Shown: positions 12,233-25,699 of the stretch, one piece after another
Numbering within the stretch: the stretch's first letter is position 1
How the letters are laid out: every line of letters begins with the position of its first letter
Source of the DNA: Hemiscyllium ocellatum
Taxonomy: Eukaryota
Reading direction: 5' to 3'
Assembly: GCF_020745735.1 (NCBI RefSeq)
Contig: NC_083404.1
Span: 37,261,731 to 37,325,730, forward strand
Length of the DNA: 64,000 nt
Translations under genes and position numbers: made by a program
The notes under the pieces: model-generated
Databases searched by the model: none
The model's input: only the letters and a program-made list of their open reading frames with translations
What the model was told of the DNA's origin: nothing

Positions 12233-14633
12233 CACTGTCATATAAAAACCCCATCAGCTATTCAAAATGAAACACTACAACACCACATTGAGAATACCTG
12301 CACCACACATCACCCCCTTCAAGGATCATCAAGACAATTTTGTGCTGAACAATACAAAGCAGCGTCATTAGTGTGACTGAATTAGAAAAAAATGACTGCA
12401 TTTCTGAGTTCTGGAAAGTGAACAAATGAAAGGATCTGATAAATCTATACACACTTTGGAACTGCCAATCCATCTTTTAATCTTTGTGCCTGTCACATAA
12501 ATTTGTGAGAGATCTATGGTAATCTACTTGCTGATGAAGTATTGCATTTAGATTTGACTGGGATCCAAAGCTACTCACTGGCTTAAAAATAGGCTAACTA
12601 CTGGGCATAGTGACTCCTAGAGACTGAATGGACCCTGTGTGTTATTGTTACTCCTCAAGAGATTTGGAAACTGTTGATTGAAATGTACCAGGTGCATCTA
12701 ATCCCACTGTTGAAAATTTAATGAATCATGGATTTTTGCATTGTAAACAAAGACCATTCAGTCTATGCCGTTCAGCTGCAGCCATTTGAAAGAACCATCA
12801 GACTAGACACATCCTCCACTGTTCTATCATGTCTCTACAAACCTATTTTGTCTTGAACAATTTATCTAACCCAATTGAATTAACCCATTCCCTCTCTGAC
12901 TGCATTCTACAACATAAAAATCTTGCTGTGCAAGCTATTTATGTCTCATCATCTTCTTTACCAATTATTTACATTCTGTTTCTTTTGGTTAAAAAATAAA
13001 CTCAAAACTGCCAGTGGAAACATTGCCTTTATATTTACTCTAGTAAAACTATGCATGACCACCAAACACCTGCACTACATTTTTCTTTAACTTCTCCAAT
13101 TGAAAGAAGAAAATATTACAACTCAACTTCACCCTAGAACTGAAAATCCCTATCCAATCTCCATCACACCACTGGTATAAAGGTGTGGCATGTTCCTAAA
13201 AGGGTGTATCTTGATATGGCTATAATAATCTTGGTTGGGGTCTATTCAGTAATCTATGTAATTCTAGTGCACCATTTCTGCTTTTCATTCTGTGCATTTT
13301 AATTAATCCCACTATTCCCAATGCTATTGATGGGAAATTTGTTGGTGATGCTTGTTTATTGTCCACTGTCTAGAGAGCTGAGCTTGTCACTTAACAGATG
13401 TCTGCAATCTAGCAAGTGTACCCTAAAATGTCCCCTGGTGTTGCATGTCATGACCTTGGGTTTAAGTTGTTATTTTTAAAGATTTTGCACAAATCTTTTG
13501 CTGTTGGATTCTGTGACCCTTAAACAAAACAATCTTCTCACCTTATCCTACCAACCCCTTGTGTAAATTACACCTATTAAATTATGAATCCTGGTGGAAA
13601 AGTTGCACACTTTCTTCCAGTCTCATAATTTGAAAATACGTATTTCTGGTTGCTTGCTATTTTAAGTCTGCACCATGCTTTCTTGCTTGCAATTCTGACT
13701 TGACCTGTTGTGTGCTCAATTGAAATTCAATACAAGCTCAAAGTCTAACACCCCATTTTTCTATTAGGCACTTTACAACCTTCTGGACTCAATACAAACT
13801 TGGAACAATTTCAGAGCTGTTCAGTTTTGGTTCAGATTTAATTGCAAGTATCAGTCTGATAAAGATTTTCCCTGTGTTTATCTTTGGAGAGAGCTGTGCG
13901 TTATTCTACTTTCCATGCTAAGTGTGGATGAATGTTTTGTTTCATTATGAAAACCATGACCAATCTTTTTGCCTCTTGTTCAGTGACACCATTGGCATTT
14001 AGTCTCTTCTGACATCGACTCAATCCCAGACCTTCCTTTTCTTTTCCTTTGTTCCCTCTCTTCCCTCTTTTCAGTGGCATTAAACATGAAGTTGAGAAGA
14101 AACAAAGGGTTTAAGTTAAAACAATAGTTCTGTTTCTGTATCCACAGGTGATGCCAGATCCATTGAGTATTACTAGCATTTGTTGTTTTTATTTCTCATG
14201 ATTGGATAATTTTCTGAAGTTGAAAAACTGCAGGGGAAAAGACAAAATGTGTTATAGTTGCACTAAATAAATTTTTCTTCCAGATTGCTAGCAGGTTTTA
14301 TAGCTCCTTGCTATACCATAGCCATTCTATAATTCAGAGGACTGAGGAAAATAACGTACATTCACCATTATTTCCTGCTTTCTGATATGTTGACAATTTA
14401 TTGTCAATACAGCCACTGTCAGTTTAATTCTATGGTTTCCAATGCAGACAAAAAATCTGTTGTGATTCCTTATCAAGTGACTTTTGGAAATCCATAGAGA
14501 GAATGCTAACACCATTTGCCATGTCAAGCTGCTCCAATAAGTCAAAGACACCACTTGATTAGATACACACACTTACAAAGCAGACTATCTGATGACCAAG
14601 TCTGCTACACCATTCAATAAGATCATGGATGAT

Positions 14634-16790
14634 CTAGTTAGACAATAGACAATAGGTGCAGGAGTAGGCCATTCCGCCCTTCGAGCCTGAACCGCCATTC
14701 AATACGATCATGGCTGATCATTCCTAATTAATATCCTCTTCCTGCCTTATCTCCATAACCCTTGATTCCACTATCTTTGAGAGATCTATCCAACTCTTTC
14801 TTAAATGAATCCAGAGACTGGGCCTCCACTGCCCTCTGGGGCAGAGTATTCCACACAGCCACCACTCTCTGGGTGAAGAAGTTTCTCCTCATCTCTGTCC
14901 TAAATGTGTCCTCTGGTTCGGCACTCACCCATCAGCGGAAATATGTTTCCTGCTGCCAGAGTGTCCAATCCTTTCATAATCTTATATGTCTCAATCAGAT
15001 CCCCTCTCGGTCTTCTAAACTCAAGGGTATACAAGCCCAGTCGCTTCAGTCTTTCAGTGTAAGGTAATCCTCCCATTCCAGGAATTGACCTCGTGAACCT
15101 ACGCTGCACTCCCTCAATAGCCAGAATGTCTTTTCTCAAATTTGGAGACCAGAACTGCACACAGTACTCCAGGTGTGGTCTCACCAGGGCCCTGTACAGC
15201 TGCAGAAGCACCCCTTTGCTTCTATACTCAGTTCCTCTTATTATGAAGGCCAGCAGGCTATTAGCCTTCTTCACTACCTGCTGTACCTGCATGCTTGCCT
15301 TCATTGACTGGTGTACAAGAACACCCAGATCTCTCTGTACTGCCCCTTTACCTAAATTGATTCCATTGAGGTAGTAATCTGCCTTCCTGTTCTTGCCACC
15401 AAAGTGGATAACCATACATTTATCCACATTAAACTGCATCTGCCATGCATCTGCCCACTCACCTAACTTGTCCAGGTCACCCTGTAATCTCCTAACATCC
15501 TCATCATATTTCACCCTGCCACCCAGCTTTGTATCATCAGCAAATTTGCTAATGTTATGGCTGATACCATCTTCTATATCACGAAGATATATTGTAAAAA
15601 GCTGTGGTCCCAGCACGGATCCCTGCAGTACCCCACTGGTCACTGCCTGCCATTCCGAAATGGAGCCGTTTATCACTACCCTTTGTTTCCTATCAGCCAA
15701 CCAATTTTCAATCCAATCTAGTACTTTTCCCCCAATACCATGCACCCTAATTTTACTCACTAACCTCCTGTGTGGGACTTTATCAAAAGTTTTCTGAAAG
15801 TCCAGGTACACTACATCTACTGGATCTCCCTCTTCCATCTTCAGAGTTACATCCTCAAAAAATTCAAGAAGATTAGTCAAGCATGATTTCCCCTTCATAA
15901 AGCTGACTCTGTCCTATCCTGCTACTAATATCCAGATGTGCCGTAATTTCATCCTTTATAATAGACTCTAGCATCTTTCCCACCACCGAGGTCAGACTAA
16001 CTGGTCTATAATTTCCTGCTTTCTCTCTCCTACCTTCCATAAAAAGTGGTATAACATTTGCCACCCTCCAATCCTCAGGAACCAACCCCAAATCTATCGA
16101 ACTCTGGAAAATAATCACCAACGCATCCACGATTTCCTGAGCCACCTCCTTCAGTACCCTGGTATGTAGACCATCAGGCCTTGGAGACTTATCAACCTTC
16201 AAACCTAACAGTCTCTCCAACACCAAATCCTGGCAAATATAGATTCCCTTAAGTTCAGGTCCTTCAGCCACTGTTACCTCAGGGAGATTGCTTGTGTTTT
16301 CCCCAGTGAACACAGATCTGAAGTACCCATTTTTTTGTTCCCCGTAATATATTCCCCTGTTTCTGTCTTCAAGGGCCCAATTTTAGTCCCAGCCATTTTT
16401 TTGCCTTGCATATACTTTAAAAAGCTTTTACCATCCTCCTTTATATTATTGGCCAGTTTACCTTGGTACCTCATTTTTCCTCTGCGTATTTCCTTCTTAG
16501 CAATCCTCTGTTGCTCTTTAAAAGCTTCCCAGTCCTCAGTTTTCCCACTTATCTTTGCTTTGTTATACTTTTTCTCTTTTAACTTTATATGTTTTTTAAC
16601 TTCCCTTGTCAGCCACGGCCGCCCATGCCTCCTCCTGGGATCTTTCTTCCTTTTAGGAATGAACTGATCCTGCAACTTCTGCATTATACACAGAAATATC
16701 CGCCATTGTTCCTCCACGGTCATCCCTGCTAAGGTATTGCATCATTGAACTTTGGCCAGCTCCTCCCTCATAGCTCCATAGTTCCCTTTA
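14634..16790 (-). mobile_element. CR1 LINE, 5'-truncated, RT largely intact
   Basis: Minus ORF 14900-15898 (332 aa: KSCLTNLLEFF, QGSVLGP, FADDTK, LYRALVRPHLEYC) plus upstream ORFs 15873-16313 and 16274-16723. Confidence 0.95.
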
Positions 16791-18289
16791 TTCAACAGAA
16801 GTACTGTCATAGTTACTCCATATTCCAGTCTACCATCAATAACCTTTCACCCAGAATATTTAATGAAGATGATTATGGTAGCCAGAGAAGCATTCATTTA
16901 CATTTTATTGATACATCTATACAATAGCATTATTGGAATCGACAAATTGACATGATAATTCTAAACATTATCTGTTTAGTCATTTGGTTAGTTGGAGATA
17001 ACATTATGCTGTAAATGACATTTTATTCAGTTCTGAGTTTATTTTTGTGAATGTAAAAACAGGCATGATAAATTGATTATCTCTATGGTTCTAAACTGGT
17101 ATGTTTATGCTCATAAACATGAAAGTATTAATTTCCTATATGGGCTTGACCATATTAATTTGTTTTTCTGGGTTTGGTGCCTTTTAAAATCTGTGGAATT
17201 AATGAAGGTTAAATTGGAGTGCTGGTAGTTTAAATCAGACCTACAGCAGTTCAGAATGCAAGCAGAACATGTAATTTAATAGCTGAGTGGAATTTGATTT
17301 ATTTTAACAAAGATTAAATGTTGGTTAGTATTCAAATAATAGGACAATCCTGATAGAATTTTCTGTATACAACCCTAAGCAGATTTGAATCATTTTGTGA
17401 CATTAAAATTTGTTTGTTCTTATTAATTAACAGTGAAATGCCACAGCCACTTGTTCAGTTTCAATCTCTCAAGTAGAGAATATGGTTATGTATGTCAATA
17501 TATTTTAAACCATTTGTATTAGTCCTGAATGATCAAATCAGAATTAATTGGCAAGATCAGTTGGCTTTTATAACTTTATACATTGTCAGTGATCTGTGTC
17601 ATTGCCTCATGGTTAATTTGAAGCATGGCTGTAATGATTAATTTTCATCTGGACCATCTCTTAAAACAAATTGAGTAATGTAAGTGTAATTGGCAATAGA
17701 AATAAAGGTAAATTGAGGGAAAGTGTAGGAAGCAGAGCAAGAGAAGAAATATTAAGGGAGAGCAAGACTTGCTGTGCTCCTCATGCAAAGAACTGGCACT
17801 GAAACAATTGGTTCAATAACCTTCTGTGCTGTAGTCATTCAGATTTTGTGTTATATGATAAACTTGCTTAAGAGTATAAAAGTCTAATTGTTGGAGTTTT
17901 TAATGAAGTTCTCTTGATTACTCAGCTATTTCCGGATAGTAAGGATGCATGAATTTCTTGAATATTTACATTGAATGTATTAATGACAGGGCAAAAAAGG
18001 AAATTTTAAAGAATTGAAAGCAAAGTTTGTAAAAGAAAGGTCACTCTTGGGGAAATTGCAACACTGAGCATGAACAAAATGGATCAGCAGCTAAAACAGT
18101 AGATGCAGTGGGTGCACTGAAAGTTTTAGGGCAGAACGATAGTTAATCAACTTTTTGAAAATTTAGAAAATTAAAATGGAAGTGCTAGAGATGTTACTAA
18201 TGACTGTAAAGTTATTATTTAAACATTTTATTATATTATGTATATGACATTGAAGTCTTGATTCTGTACCCTCTATTTGGTTAGGAAAC

Positions 18290-21200
18290 TAGGGGCCTGG
18301 GAATGATCTCTTGTGAACAGGCGGTAAACCTAATTTGAAAGAAAATTGTGAGAAATTGGGTAAATTATTAATTGAAGAATGGAAGGATAAAACCAATATT
18401 AAATGGAAAGGTACCTTTCCGGCCAGTGGCGGAATAATGCATGTGATAGGGGGATAGAGTTTTATTCGACAGATGCAACTCCCAAAGCTGGGAGATGTTA
18501 AAACTGAATGTGAATGGATAGATGGGAGGCAAAAAAAGGGAACAGGAAAAACACTATAAGAACACTAAGGCTGAGGAAGATAAAACAAAAACGATTGACG
18601 CAACAGCACTGTAAAATGAACCTAAGATCTACTCAGGATCCTGAGCCTATGTCTGGCATACCAACACTACTTGAGGATGGGGATGACAGTGATAGGGATG
18701 AGGAATGGGGATTTTATCCCAGGATATGGGCGGCACGGTGGTACAGTGGTTAGCACTGCTGTCTCACAGCGCCTGAGACCCGGGTTCAATTCCCGACTCA
18801 GGCGACTGACTGTGTGGAGTTTGCACGTTCTCCCCGTGTCTGCGTGGGTTTCCTCCGGGTGCTCCAGTTTCCTCCCACAGTCCAAAGATGTGCGGGTCAG
18901 GTGAATTGCCCGTAGTGTTAGGTAAGAAGTAAATGTAGGGATATGGGTGGGTTGCGCTTCGGCGGGTCGGTGTGGACTTGTTGGGCCGAAGGGCCTGTTT
19001 CCACACTGTAAGTAATCTAATCTAATACCTGCTGAGCCATGAACATCTCCTGATTCTAAACCTACCCCTTACTCTGAAGATGAAAGATCCAGTATCGATC
19101 ACTGGCTTAAATAGCCAACATCATGTGATGAGCGGCCTGGACCATCCTCAACCAAGGACCTTCCTGGAAAACAATACTGTTAATGAACCAAGTCCCTGAC
19201 TGCAAGGGGAAACCAGGCCCAAAATGCTCAATCTGTCCGAAGGACAATACAGATATATAATGCCACTCTTTGAGACTTGTTTGCTCTTTGCTATATGATC
19301 TTGTGCCCTGAAGAAGTCACCAAGTGGCAAGGATAGATGGGCCAGGGTGGTTGCAGGGCCTGTCTGCAGTTACGAGGACTTGAAGGAGAGATTCCCCAAC
19401 AATAATGCCCAGGCGGACTACTTAATCCAGTCATTAGAATGAGCCTTACAACAGCCTGTAAACATAAGTGACGTACTGGAATTCAAACCCAAACCTGGGA
19501 AGTCAGGAGGTGATTAGTGGAAGCAGTTTGTTGCCTGTTATGGAACATGTGTAGGCGATCAAGCCTTTAATCGAGAAGCTAACTTACCTTTGTTTAACTC
19601 TATGCTTTCGCAATGTATTCCTTCTGGTGTCACTGACATAATCCGGACAAACAATATAAACTGATCCAAGAACAATTCCCAGTTGGCAATGAGGGGAGAA
19701 GTGGGTTCTAATGGGAAGGCCTGAATGAACCCAAACCATGATCCATCCATGTTACAGGTAAAAACCAAATATGGCCAGCGACTTTGCAATCCATCTACCC
19801 CATGTGTCAACCCTGATGAGGTTGATTGAGAGCAGGGTACCCAGTGGGGGTGGAACCTCACTCAGATGCCCATCCACTGACCACTGCTGAGTAACCCTTT
19901 TCTGAAGGGATCTTAGAAATGGGGACAGGCAGGCCCTGTACTTTGGGACTCAGAACAAGACAGTGAAATCTCAGGGATACATGGCAGACCCTCGTTTTTA
20001 CCGTGATGTGGCCACTGTAGAGTGAAGAGTCCTTTTTGTTACCTTGGAACTACTGCAGGAGTCGATATGCTTGCATAAGGAAAAGTCAATAAATATATAT
20101 ACTGACTCTCAGTGTGCTTTTGATGTGACCACAATTAAGGAGCCTTGTGCTAACATAGAGGATTTTTTAACTTCCAAGGGACAGCCTATTAGTCATGCTG
20201 TTTTTGTCCAACCAGTCTGGCAGTTATCAAATGTTTGGCTCACACTGGCACAACTGACATAGTCTCCAAAGGAATGAGCGGGTAAGCGCTGCTGCCAAGC
20301 AGGTAGCTTCACCCCCTCCCCAAACTTCTAGTCCCATTGGGTTCCCATCAAAATCCCATTACACACAGTGTAAGGACGGGTATGGGAGACTTGGGGGAGA
20401 TACAGAAATTACAGGGGGAAAGCCCCTGCTGAAGAGCAAATGGGGTGCTCCCTCAATACTCAAACCAAGCTGTGGGTTAGCCCTGCATGACAATTTTTTG
20501 TTCCTTCTTTGCTTTGACCTATCTTAATTTATTATGTGCATAATTGTACATATTTGGGCAAGGAGGGAATGGTTAATACTTTATTACAAACCTGATGGGA
20601 CCCGGATTTCCAGAAAGCAGCTAAGAAAAGAGCTGAAGCATGTTTGATATGTAAAAAGTCAAATGCTGTAAAACAGATGTCCTATGTTCTGGAACCATCC
20701 CTTTGCCTGGCCGGCCTTTTGCTGGTCTTCAACTTGATTTTACTGAATTACCTTGAGCACGTTATTATAAATATTGTCTAGTAATAGTAGATGTATTTAG
20801 TAGGTGGATCAAAGCCATACCAATGACTGATGATACTGTTACAGCAGTGGTGAAAGAGTGGGAAAATATCTGCGGGACTGGAGAAAGTTGGGGTCAAGGT
20901 GGAAAGGACCATTTCAGGTGTTGCTGACCACCTCTGCCATTGTAAAAGTGCAAGGACAACGTCATTGGATTCATAGAACTGACTGTAAGTGAGTCAATGA
21001 AGGGACAGACAAGGATTAAGGGGGGGAAATACAGTGGATACTGGTGACTTTGGTGACTTTGTCGGGGGGGGGGTTCACTTCGAGGGTGGAAGAATTTCAG
21101 GCTGACACCTCTTTGTCCCTGGGAAGGCAACTAAAACATAAAGCCTTTTTGAATTTGGCTTATCAGAGTGCCCAAATGACGGGGAAAGAAACTGATTGTT

Positions 21201-21340
21201 GTGTTTGTGCTCAAGTGCCATCTTATTCACAGGGGGTTAATCCTTTGTGGCCTGACTCCTTTTGCTGGCCTGAGGTGGTCAAATGGCTATAAGGCTGGAA
21301 TTCTTCTGGTGATCGTGATAAAAACTGAAGACGTGTGAGA
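18290..21340 (+). mobile_element. Class I (gamma/epsilon-like) endogenous retrovirus relic with large internal deletions
   Basis: RNase H motif INIYTDSQCAF (about 20.1 kb); integrase core PFAGLQLDFTELP*..YCLVIVDVFSRWIKA (about 20.7-20.87 kb); env-like FLNLAYQSAQ..DCCVCAQ (about 21.1-21.2 kb). The gag-like left boundary is uncertain and no LTRs were found. Confidence 0.75.
18728..19026 (+). mobile_element. tRNA-derived shark SINE (HE1-like), near full length
   Basis: GGGCGGCACGGTGGTACAGTGGTTAGCAC head, GGTTCAATTCC B box, AGTAATCTAATCTAAT tail. Confidence 0.9.
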
Positions 21341-21723
21341 ATGGCGGTCAGCTGCACATTTTTGTCTCCAAAGTTTCTACAGCGAATGCTATTTTGTCAA
21401 CGGAATCTTGTTGAATGTCAAACGGATTCTTGAAACATAACATCCTTGACCCAAGATCTGCCAGTACCAATGGAAAATCACATTGTCGAAATCACTCCCT
21501 TCAAACTTACATTCAAATCGTACATCCTTCCTTGGAGCTCTGGTCATTTAGATCGGAGATTGAGTCAAGGTTTGAGCAACAGATCTCCCTGCCGGTGAAA
21601 AAGATTACAGATCAGGTTATTTGCGAATGCAAAATATTGAACAATGGAAATGATCAGTTGGGGCCTGTTGTACTGACAGAAAGCGGTTAGTAAAATTGCA
21701 ATTTATGATGATGTAGTCAACAT
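21335..21723 (-). pseudogene. TRGV: TRGV family C pseudogene 1 (3'-truncated, no RSS)
   Basis: Leader 21723-21678 with an in-frame TAA; acceptor at 21589. V exon reads RSVAQTLTQSPI*MTRAPRKDVRFECKFEGSDFDNVIFHWYWQILGQG, then a frameshift, then ..KMCS. Lacks YYC and RSS. Clearly homologous to 30890-31204. Confidence 0.85.
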
Positions 21724-22274
21724 GGAATTGTTTTAGATTTGCTCAAGGGGCCAATAGAAATCTGGAAATTATGTTAATCAGTTTCACCCAATGCTGAATC
21801 TTCCTGTGGCCTCAAGGATGACCTTCCATTGAATGGGTGAGTGTTTTCATCCTGTTATAGATAGTTTCACTTCAGTTGGCTCGTCACCTAAACTACATTG
21901 CCCTGTCTCCATTGGAAGTGTTAATCAATCATTGTGTAGACATTTCCTGTTTATGTTTTGCTACGTTTCCTTGTCTCCTTCCAACCGATCAATTGAAAAT
22001 AGCATTGCAGATCTACGTTTTCTTATTTTCTCATCAACTTGTTCTGAGATGTTATCATCCACCTCTGGAGCATACAGGATTGAACCCAGATCTCCTGGTG
22101 CAGATGTAGGGGCATTGCAACACAAGGACCCTCAAATCTACCTTTCCTATTTAAGTGACTATTGGACAGGAGGAAAACGATTTTTCTGTTTCATCCCAAA
22201 TTCTGCCAGAACCTTGAGCTGAAAATACCCTCAATCTTTGTGTGTACCTCAAACTGCAAACACTGAAAGTCATC

Positions 22275-23645
22275 ATACAGAACATAGAACTATACAGCGC
22301 AGAACAGGCCCTTCGACCCTCAATGCTGTACCGACTTGTGAACTGATCTAAGCCCATCCTCCTACACTTTCCCATCATTATCCATATGCTTATCCAAGGA
22401 CTGCTTAAATGCCCTAAAGTAGCTAAGTTAATTACATTGGCAGGCAGGACATTCCACGCCATTACCATGCTCTGAGTAAAGAACCTGCCTCAGACATCTG
22501 TCTTAAATGTATTACACCTCAATTTGCAGCTATGCCCCCTTGTACAGGCAGACATCATCATTCTAGGAAAAAGACTCTCATTGTCCACCCGATCTAATCC
22601 TCTGATCATCTTATATGTCTCTATTAGCACCCCCCCCCCCCACCCTTAGCCTTCTTCTCTCCAATGAGAACAGACTCAAGTCCCTCAGCCTTTCCTCATA
22701 AGACCTTCCCTCCAGACCAGGCAACATCCTGATAAATCTCCTCTGCACCTTTTCCAATGCTTCCACATCCTTGCTGTAATGGGGCAACCAGAACTGTATA
22801 CAATATTCCAGTTGAGGTTGCACTAGTGTTTTGTATAGTTTCACCATGACATCACGGCTCCAGAATTCAATCCCTCTACCAATAAAACCTAACACGGTAT
22901 GCCTTCTTAACAGCACTATCAACCTGGTGGCAACTTTCAGGGATCTAAAAGGTGCCAAAATCCCTCTACACACCCGCACTACCAAGAATATTTCCATTGA
23001 CTCAGTATTCTGCCTTCCTGTTATTATTCCCACGGTGAATCACCTCACATTTAGCTGCATTGAACTCCATTTGTCACCTCTCAGCCCAATTCTGAAGTTT
23101 ATTCAAATTCCCCTGCAACCTGAAACATTCTTCCACACTTTCCACCACTCCATCGACTTTGGTGTCATCTGCAAACTTACAAACCCATCCACCTATGCCT
23201 GCGTCCAAGTTACTTATAAAAAGGACAAACAGCAGTGGTCCAAAACAGATCCTTGTGGCACACCACTAGCAACTGGACTCCAGGCTGAATATTTTCCATC
23301 AACCATGACTCGTTGCTTTCTTACAGAAAGCTAGTTTCTAATCCAAACTGCTAAATCACCCTCACTCCCATGCCTCCACATTTCGTCTAAAAGCTTACCA
23401 TATGGAATCTTATCAAAGGCTTTACTGAAGTCCATGTACATCACGTCAACTGCCCTACCTTCATCCACATGCGTCACCTTCTCAAAAACCTCAGTGAGGT
23501 CTGTGAGACACGATTTGCCCTTGGTGCAACCATGTTGGCTATCTCCAATCAAATTGTTGCTTGCTAGATGATTATAAAGCCTATCTCTGATAATCCTTTC
23601 CAAAACCTTTCCTACAACAGACGTAAGGCTCACTGGTCTATAACT
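22275..23645 (-). mobile_element. CR1 LINE 3' fragment
   Basis: Minus ORFs 22611-23033 and 23331-23633 with CR1 RT motifs; CTATAGTTCTATGTTCTGTATG tail. Confidence 0.92.
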
Positions 23646-24339
23646 GCCTCAGAATTTGAAAATACATAGTCCTGGCTGCTTGCCAATTTAGTTCAGCACC
23701 TTGCTCACAATTCTGAGCTTCACCTGTTGCATATTTATTTGAAATTCAATGCAAGTTCAAAGACCAACACTTTATTTTACTATTAGGCACTTTACAGCCT
23801 TCTGGACTCAGTATTGATTTCAACAATTTCAGAACTCCATTTCCAGTTTTGGTTCAGATTTAATTCCATGTGTCAGTCTGATAAATGTTTCTCCTGTGTT
23901 TATTTTTAGAGACAGCTGTTCATTATTCTATTATTCATGTTATCTGTGGACAAATGTGTTGTTTCATTACTACAACCATGACCAATTATTTTTGTTCTGG
24001 GACATATTTAGCATTTAGTCTCACCTGGTTGCTACTCATTATCCAACAACCCTTCACCCCTGTGCTTATGAAAAATCCATCAATCTTTACGTTCAAAATA
24101 TTCAAAGACTCTAGTTTCACCAACATTTGAGGAAAAGTGTACCAAAGACTAATGACCATGTGAGAAAAAAGATCTCCTCACTCCTATCCTAAATTACTGA
24201 TCCATTATGTTTAAGCATTCCCTATTTCTGGATTTTCCTACAATGGGGAAGTTACGGGCCAGACCAGACACCCTCGAAATATAGTATGAAGGTAGCCGAG
24301 AACCAAACCTCAATTCCTTTCTCTATGAGCATAATGTGG

Positions 24340-24565
24340 AGGTGCCAGTGTTGGACTGGGGTGGACAAATGAAAAATCACATAACACCAGGTTATAGTCC
24401 AACAGGTCAATTTCAAAGAACCAGCTTTTGGAGCGCTGCTCCTTTGTCAGGTAGCTAGTCATCTGATGAACTCGCTACCTGACGAAGGAGCAGTGCTCCA
24501 AAAGTTTGTACTTCGAAATAAACCTGTTGGACTATTACCTGGTCTTGTGTGATTTTTAACTTCCT
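24340..24565. mobile_element. Head-to-head Penelope-like inverted repeat with two decayed hammerhead motifs
   Basis: AAAAATCACATAACACCAGG... is mirrored by ...CCTGGTCTTGTGTGATTTTT; core CTGACGA-AGGAGC-AGT-GCTCC-AAAA (G12 lost). Confidence 0.75.
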
Positions 24566-25699
24566 TTATAAAAAGACTTCAAAGACTTAATGCCCCTTGT
24601 TTTCCATTAAGTGTACATGAACATGTTGATCTAGATTAATGATAACTTCTTATCCTAAGATAATGATGTAACTTTGAACTCCTTTTCTTAGGAATGCCGC
24701 TGAGCACATTTTAGTCCATGAAGTGATTTGTGCTCACTTCAGAGCTTGATGCATGCTTGTCTTGCAAATGACTTTGCAGTTCACGTTAAGATGAAAGTCC
24801 AAATCTCATACGTTCTTCCTCCAAGCCCCCTGTTTGGTTCCCCATTGAGCATGAGTAATGTCCTCTTACTTGGAACTGTATCTATTTAGTTTTCCAGTTA
24901 ACTGCTAACTCCAAAATACAAAGAAACCCACATTTTTCAAGTTAGAATTCCAAGGACCCAAACTTGGAGTATATAATATTAAAATACAGATATCGGTCTG
25001 TTTCATCACCTGCCAACATGAAAGGTTTCATACTTTTCCACATTGCACTCCATTCCTCAGATCTCTGCTCACTCTCATATGCCATTTTATCTTGCTAATG
25101 CCCTTTTAATAACTTACTTTCTTATCCATATTTTAAAACAACAGTGCTACACAATTTCTATTTATTATTTGCCTATAGATTTTAAGAGTTAAATTTGTTG
25201 TCAGATTAATGGCTTCACAAACGTTTACTACTGCTGGTTGACTGATTATCCTGTGACTGCAAATTTATCCTTCTCCACTTTATTAAATGCAAATACAACT
25301 GTCATATTTGTCTGATACTACTCCCATATCTAGGAGGTTTTGGAAAGTTATTTCAACAGATTCACCACTGCATCTTTACCATCAGATTAGGAAAAACTAT
25401 AGTTTAGTGAAGTGTGCAGGAGGGTACACCAGAATAAAATAGCACAAGGAATACCAAAAAAAAAGTATCAACTCTGTGAAGCTACAATGTAGAGTTTGTT
25501 TCCTGACAAACAGCAAATTCTTAAGTGATCAACAGACATAGGTACTTTGTTAACCAATAGATCAGAGCTAAGCTGTGCAATCCTGATGTATCTAGTCATG
25601 AATTGTCGTGGACAATTAAACAATTCTCTTGAGCAGTAGGTTCCACAAACATATCCGTCTTCAGTGATTGGACAGAAGCACGTCTGTGCAAAAGATATG

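Noticed and set aside
14327-14572. Possible extra degenerate V segment in unique sequence near 14.3-14.6 kb (also 28.9-29.4 kb)
   Set aside because: No Cys/Trp spacing, splice sites or RSS could be recovered.
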